The notes beneath the pieces were generated by a model. That model made no database searches and was not told the DNA's origin. It saw nothing but the letters and a program-made list of their open reading frames with translations. This document shows positions 36,774 through 41,515 of a DNA stretch of 41,515 bases, one piece after another. Source of the stretch: Promethearchaeota archaeon. Its GTDB lineage: Archaea; Asgardarchaeota; Thorarchaeia; Thorarchaeales; Thorarchaeaceae. Within the stretch, counting starts at the first letter, position 1. Each line of letters starts with the position of its first letter. The stretch covers positions 24,722 to 66,236 of the forward strand of contig JBHLPF010000014.1 of NCBI GenBank assembly GCA_048939765.1. Direction: 5' to 3'. Both the position numbers and the translations under genes were made by a program.

Positions 36774-37763
36774 ATGGCATTGGAAAGAGGCTTTGCATGG
36801 CATCATTCAAAGCAACCTAAGCATGCTAGAGCAGACTTTGAAGACATGTTGTCAAACAACTGCAATTCTGTGCTTATCGCTGTGTCAGAGAATGACCTAG
36901 AGTATTGGTATCCAAATATGCTTGAGATCATCTCTGAGGCAAAAGACATCGGTTTGCGGGTCTGGCTGAATTTCTGGGCTTTTGGAGGCGTGTTTGGAGG
37001 TGAGCCCCCGTCTTTCTTTCTTCATAGAAATCCGGACTTGAGACAGATCACGGCTGTGTCGCAGGAAAAGATGCCAGCTGCATGCATCAATCAACCCGAG
37101 TTTCGGAAATGGTTCAGCCAAGAGGTCAGCAGAATCGTTCGAAACACCAAAGTTGATGGTGTGTTCATAGATGAGCCTCATTACGCTTGGACCTTCTCAA
37201 TAGAAGAATTCACTTGTGTGTGTGATGTCTGTCAAGAGAAGTATAAGGCTGCATTTGGCGGTCCTATGCCGATGGACTATACCAAAGAAATCAGACGATT
37301 TCGCGAAGACAATATGCATCAATTCTTGGTAGAGACCTGTCAGACTGTAAAGGCGGCAAATGCTTCAACCGAAGTCTGCGTCTGTATCATTCCTGCTGAC
37401 TTTGAGTTTCTTGGTACCCCAGACTGGGACAAGATTGCAGCCATCAAGGAAGTGGATGTCTTCTCAACAGACCCATATTATCACGTTTTTGGACTAGAAC
37501 GAGAATGGGCATTGGAGGCCGCTAAAAAGACCATTGAAACCGCAAAGAAGCACAAGAAGAAGAGTCAGCTATGGCTTCAGATGTTTAGGCTGAGCGCAGG
37601 GGACGAAGAAGATGTTGCCTCACTCATTCCCGAGTATGTAAAGATGGGAGTGGACTCTCTTTTTGGTTGGAGCTACTTGGCGAACAAGGGGACATCGATA
37701 TCCAGCGACAATCCTGATCTCCTCTGGGAATTGGTCACAAAAGAATATCGTAGGATAGGTTGA
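36774..37763 (+). CDS. TIM-barrel glycoside hydrolase-like protein (GH42-like CxCxxC zinc site)
   Basis: DGVFIDEPH, CVCDVC..KY...FG and FSTDPY motifs. Confidence 0.6.
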   Translation: MALERGFAWHHSKQPKHARADFEDMLSNNCNSVLIAVSENDLEYWYPNMLEIISEAKDIGLRVWLNFWAFGGVFGGEPPSFFLHRNPDLRQITAVSQEKMPAACINQPEFRKWFSQEVSRIVRNTKVDGVFIDEPHYAWTFSIEEFTCVCDVCQEKYKAAFGGPMPMDYTKEIRRFREDNMHQFLVETCQTVKAANASTEVCVCIIPADFEFLGTPDWDKIAAIKEVDVFSTDPYYHVFGLEREWALEAAKKTIETAKKHKKKSQLWLQMFRLSAGDEEDVASLIPEYVKMGVDSLFGWSYLANKGTSISSDNPDLLWELVTKEYRRIG

Positions 37764-37776
37764 CCTTCGACCTATC
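37754..37776. terminator. Hairpin between convergent genes
   Basis: GATAGGTTGA-CCT-TCGACCTATC, a 10-bp stem with one G-U pair overlapping the stop codon. Confidence 0.35.
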
Positions 37777-37802
37777 GAAAATCGACTTATGCACCTATGT
37801 AT

Positions 37803-38666
37803 CTAGAAACCAGCTCTCTTGAAGATCAGTGGCCAGAGGAAGATTCCTACGAATGCAACCATGAAATAACGAAGTGTCCTGAGCCAAATCTCAGCTGTCG
37901 GAAGAACTTCGTGCAATCCTAGCATCACGCCAATGACCAAGATAAGACCTATGACGACTCGGGCGATTAAGCGAGGCATTCCTACTTCCAGATCAAATTT
38001 GACATACCTATTCTCCAATGGAAAGGCGACAGCCGCTCCTATGGTCAGTCCACCATAAGCACCGAAATTGTCTCCTGGTGGATACGGAAGTATGGACCCA
38101 ATCACTAGCAGAATGATGCCAATGATAAATAGTAGCAGGTACCAATATTCAGTTCTGAGTCTTGATGCGAACATAGAGATTTGGGGCTCATAGTAGAATG
38201 CCACAAGGCCGATAGTGATGCCAATTGTCCACCCAAGAAGAACGTCATCCAGGAAATGAACTCCCAGATAGACTCGAGAGATGCCAATCAGAATTATGAG
38301 TATGATTGAAACTAGAATCATCCACCATGTCTTGACCTTAGCTCCTAGCCACGAGTACATAGCTCCTGCGTTCTGTGCATGACCGCTAGGCGTGCTATAG
38401 TTGGTAGCGTCCAAATCTCCGTACCAATAGCTTGCAGGTGGTCTTGGATTCCCAATGACATATTTCAACCAGTAGTTGGTTAGAACGGATACAATTATGA
38501 TGAGCGTCAGCACAATTGCCTCTCTTTTTCGATATGACCAGAAGGCAATCAGGAGGACGGAGACGAGGAATATCTCCCCACCCATCTCTGTCACAAGGCT
38601 GAAGAAAGCTCCCGCCCAAGGGAGCAAATCTCGTAGGAAGGTTGTGATGTTTGGATCAAAGAACAT
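37803..38666 (-). CDS. PAP2-family membrane phosphatase
   Basis: K.....PRP, PSGHA and SRVYLGVHF..DV motifs. Likely ATG at 38666. Confidence 0.92.
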   Translation of the reverse strand: MFFDPNITTFLRDLLPWAGAFFSLVTEMGGEIFLVSVLLIAFWSYRKREAIVLTLIIIVSVLTNYWLKYVIGNPRPPASYWYGDLDATNYSTPSGHAQNAGAMYSWLGAKVKTWWMILVSIILIILIGISRVYLGVHFLDDVLLGWTIGITIGLVAFYYEPQISMFASRLRTEYWYLLLFIIGIILLVIGSILPYPPGDNFGAYGGLTIGAAVAFPLENRYVKFDLEVGMPRLIARVVIGLILVIGVMLGLHEVLPTAEIWLRTLRYFMVAFVGIFLWPLIFKRAGF

Positions 38667-38794
38667 GATTCTCTCTCCAAGTGACGCAAATGCTGCAATG
38701 CGCAAAGCGAATAAAAAGCCTAGCGAATCACAAGAGCACTATCAGAAGCTTAATAGTCGACTATCCTTCTCGCCTTTTCAGGGTGATTGTGACG

Positions 38795-40300
38795 ATGGTT
38801 CTAGAGAGTCTCGAACCCAAACTAGTATGGCAGATATTTGAAGATGTGTTCATTCAGACTCCTCGGCCCTCCAAAAAGGAGGACAAGATTCGTGTCAAGA
38901 TTAAGGAGTATGTGCAAGCAAAATCCGAGGCGACTGGAATTCCAGTGACAATCAGTGAGGATGAAACTGGTAATATTCTGGTGAAGGCGCCTGCGACCAA
39001 AGGGATGGAAAAAGCTCCGCCCATCCTGCTTCAGGGGCATATGGACATGGTCTGTGAAACCGACCGGCCAGATGGTTTCGATTTTGACAATAATCCAATT
39101 CCTGTCAGGATACAGGATAATGGAGAGTGGGTCGATGCCGATGGAACAACACTTGGCGCAGACAACGGAATTGGCTCGTCCATCGGGCTTGCTCTTGTAC
39201 TAGATTCTGTGGTAGCACATGGTCCTCTCGAGGTTTTGCTTACCGTGGATGAAGAAACGGGTCTGGTTGGTGCATTTGGACTTGACCTAGTGAAACTAGG
39301 AATTGAGAGCAAGATCATGATCAACATTGACTCCGAGGATTTGGGAGTCATCACAATTGGTTCAGCTGGTGGGGGTGACTCCACACTTACAAAGAAGCTG
39401 AGTCTGAAGGATGTGAAGGGTGAAGCAACATTCTTTGACCTTACTGTATCGGGTTTGTTTGGTGGACATTCAGGAGTCGATATCCATGAACCCCGTGCCA
39501 ATGCAAACAAACTGATTGCACGAATTCTGACATTAATAGTCGAGAAGACGAACGTTCACATGTGCAGCTGGAACGGAGGGAGCAAACATAACGCAATTAC
39601 CAGAGAGTCAACCGCGAAGTTTGCTGTGGAAACTGGAAGAGCTGCTGACACTGAGAAGCTGCTTGAAGAAGCACGCGGTGCAATTCTCGCATACTACAAG
39701 TCTGATGCTCCAGGTTCGACCCCTCTCGAACCTGATATCAGAATTGAGTGGAAGGTATCGGAGCCTGCTCCAGCGTTCTCACTTGAAGAGTCCAAGAAAC
39801 TCATCCAGTCAGTGAACGTTATCCCCCATGGTCCGATTCGATTCTCACCCAGCGTTGAAGGTCTTGTTGAAACCTCCAATAATCTGGCTATCATTAAGAC
39901 TGAAGATGCAGAGATATCTGTCTTGATGTCTACAAGAAGCAGTGTCGATTCGGAACTGGCTTCATTTAGGAAAATGATCTCCGATCTGGCGGCACTCGGT
40001 GGGTGGGAAGTGGCTCAGAAGGCCGCATACCCTGGCTGGAATCCTGAACCAAAGAGCCCATTTCTCGCATATGTTCGGTCACATCTTGAGAAAGTGTCAG
40101 ATGGGGCTGTCAAGGTTGAAGCAATACATGCTGGATTGGAGTGTGGGATAATCGGTGCAAAAATCCCGGGTATCCAGATGGTCTCAATAGGCCCCAGGAT
40201 GGAGAATCCCCACACTCCAGATGAACGGGTCAGAATTGCAGATGTAGGAATCCTATATGATGTGATGAAATCAATTCTCAAGGATTTGCCTAACCTATAG
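38795..40300 (+). CDS. pepD: Aminoacyl-histidine dipeptidase (M20C)
   Basis: QGHMDMV, LGADNGIG, DEETG, NIDSE, GGHSG, IHAGLECG and HTPDE motifs. Likely ATG at 38795 after GGTGA. Confidence 0.92.
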   Translation: MVLESLEPKLVWQIFEDVFIQTPRPSKKEDKIRVKIKEYVQAKSEATGIPVTISEDETGNILVKAPATKGMEKAPPILLQGHMDMVCETDRPDGFDFDNNPIPVRIQDNGEWVDADGTTLGADNGIGSSIGLALVLDSVVAHGPLEVLLTVDEETGLVGAFGLDLVKLGIESKIMINIDSEDLGVITIGSAGGGDSTLTKKLSLKDVKGEATFFDLTVSGLFGGHSGVDIHEPRANANKLIARILTLIVEKTNVHMCSWNGGSKHNAITRESTAKFAVETGRAADTEKLLEEARGAILAYYKSDAPGSTPLEPDIRIEWKVSEPAPAFSLEESKKLIQSVNVIPHGPIRFSPSVEGLVETSNNLAIIKTEDAEISVLMSTRSSVDSELASFRKMISDLAALGGWEVAQKAAYPGWNPEPKSPFLAYVRSHLEKVSDGAVKVEAIHAGLECGIIGAKIPGIQMVSIGPRMENPHTPDERVRIADVGILYDVMKSILKDLPNL

Positions 40301-41515
40301 GTCAGATAGTCCTAGCCTCTCCAGCTTATTGGCTGGAGGTCTGCCGGTCTTTCTATTCCAACCTCTATACTTGTACCATGTCTTTAGTTGGTCCTCCACA
40401 TCGGGGACATGGCCTTCAGTAGGTCCATTCAGTGGTCGAAGCACAATGTCTGGCAGTTTCTCATTGCTGGTGTCGTATCCCATCTTGAGATTGAATAAAC
40501 GCATGAGGGTGAATATCCTCTCCCCAGTGATTGCAAGCTCATTTACAGAGTAGTCCCACCCAGTCACCATTTTGAAAAGCTCCACCAACTCTTCAGCCAA
40601 AAATGGGTAGAAATTACAGACACCTGCAGAGTTAGTGATGCACCTGAAGTCCTGCTGTTTAGCAGCAATATCCGCTTCATTGGCAAATCTATCAGAACTC
40701 TCGATTCCAAGTAATTCGTTTGTCTGTCCCATCTGAACATTATACATGTCAGCGGTCATATGACATGCTCCTCGGGGTGAAGTTGCATACCCTATAGCCA
40801 TTCCTGAAAACCCTCTAGGATCATGCATTGGAAGCTCGAGCCCATTAACTTGAGCAGCTAGGTCTGCAAATCCGAACTTCTTTCCAAAGGCAAGTGTGCC
40901 CTCTGCCATCAGATCTCCTATTCCTTCTCTCTTGGCCATCTTGTCCAAGAGGGCCAGTGCTGAATCTACTTCACCCCATTGAGGTTCAACCCCATCGAGG
41001 TCTTTCTTGGAAATCTTGCCCTCAATGAAGAGATAGTAGGCAAATGCAACAACATTTCCTGCTGAGATAAAGTCCATTCCGAGTAAGTCAAGCGTCTTGC
41101 TACAATGAACAAGAGAGTCCAACTGGTTGTTTAGAATTTGCGTACCCAATGTTCCTGTGACTTCAAGTTCAGGTCCTGCAAACTCTTCCGTTGCGTATTT
41201 CCCCTCCTTGATCTCGACCTTTCTTCCACAACCGATTGGGCATCTGAAACATGCAGACTTACCTACGAGGAAAGTTTCCCGAACTGAAGTCCCGCTGAGA
41301 TTATAGGAGTCGAAATCAGAGACCGTATAGTATCCAGCCGGAAGAGAGCCATACATCATGCTAGCCATGTCAACATATCCAGCAGTTCCGAGATCGGAGT
41401 ACATCTTGAAGGTAGGGTCGTCTTTCTTGTCCTCATTCAGAGCCTTTGCGTATTCAATCAGTCCCTCTGAATCTGCCACGGGGATCTTTCTGTCTGTGCC
41501 ATGGACAACAACAGC
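40295..41515 (-). CDS. aor: Tungsten-dependent aldehyde ferredoxin oxidoreductase family protein, N-terminus outside the window
   Basis: CFRCPIGC, GPELE, GMD.IS.G, HDPRG, RGACH and GVCNF motifs; frame stays open to the window end. Confidence 0.9.
   Translation of the reverse strand, partial: AVVVHGTDRKIPVADSEGLIEYAKALNEDKKDDPTFKMYSDLGTAGYVDMASMMYGSLPAGYYTVSDFDSYNLSGTSVRETFLVGKSACFRCPIGCGRKVEIKEGKYATEEFAGPELEVTGTLGTQILNNQLDSLVHCSKTLDLLGMDFISAGNVVAFAYYLFIEGKISKKDLDGVEPQWGEVDSALALLDKMAKREGIGDLMAEGTLAFGKKFGFADLAAQVNGLELPMHDPRGFSGMAIGYATSPRGACHMTADMYNVQMGQTNELLGIESSDRFANEADIAAKQQDFRCITNSAGVCNFYPFLAEELVELFKMVTGWDYSVNELAITGERIFTLMRLFNLKMGYDTSNEKLPDIVLRPLNGPTEGHVPDVEDQLKTWYKYRGWNRKTGRPPANKLERLGLSDL

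Noticed and set aside
38681-38794. Long N-terminal extensions in the ORF track (pepD; likewise fhs 25119, hydrolase 10921, pyrF 3077, PAP2 38705)
   Set aside because: Family homology and RBS positions indicate downstream starts; the extensions run through promoter regions.
1-41515. CRISPR array, IS/transposase, integrase or a defence island around the HerA-like gene
   Set aside because: No regularly spaced repeats or mobile-element genes were seen. Genes downstream of the ATPase are housekeeping, and upstream context lies outside the window.

Overview
Gene-dense archaeal chromosomal segment with about 40 CDS. It is most consistent with an Asgard archaeon (Thorarchaeia-like), inferred from archaeal TATA boxes, GGAGG/GGTG ribosome-binding sites and several eukaryotic-signature proteins. 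No rRNA, tRNA, CRISPR array or transposase was recognised. Metabolic content: a complete bacillithiol pathway (bshC-bshA divergent from bshB) beside a phosphohexomutase; a form IV RuBisCO-like protein head-to-head with a tetrahydrofolate C1 cluster (fhs-folD-ftcd plus DUF166); pyrF, a lipoate ligase, sugar kinases, PepD, AOR and an ABC exporter. Eukaryote-like content: a strongly Rab-like GTPase, a longin plus winged-helix protein resembling GATOR1 subunit NPRL2, and a 131-aa protein at 9063-9458 (minus strand). The last has a coiled coil, an Ala/Pro-rich linker and a C-terminal motif (GGMMGELKALLAARRRKA) closely matching the Ena/VASP F-actin-binding motif. It is the best candidate here for an undescribed system: a minimal archaeal VASP-like actin regulator. 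A candidate ~160-nt structured RNA lies at 15721-15878. All family assignments come from motif recognition by eye; no database searches were run.
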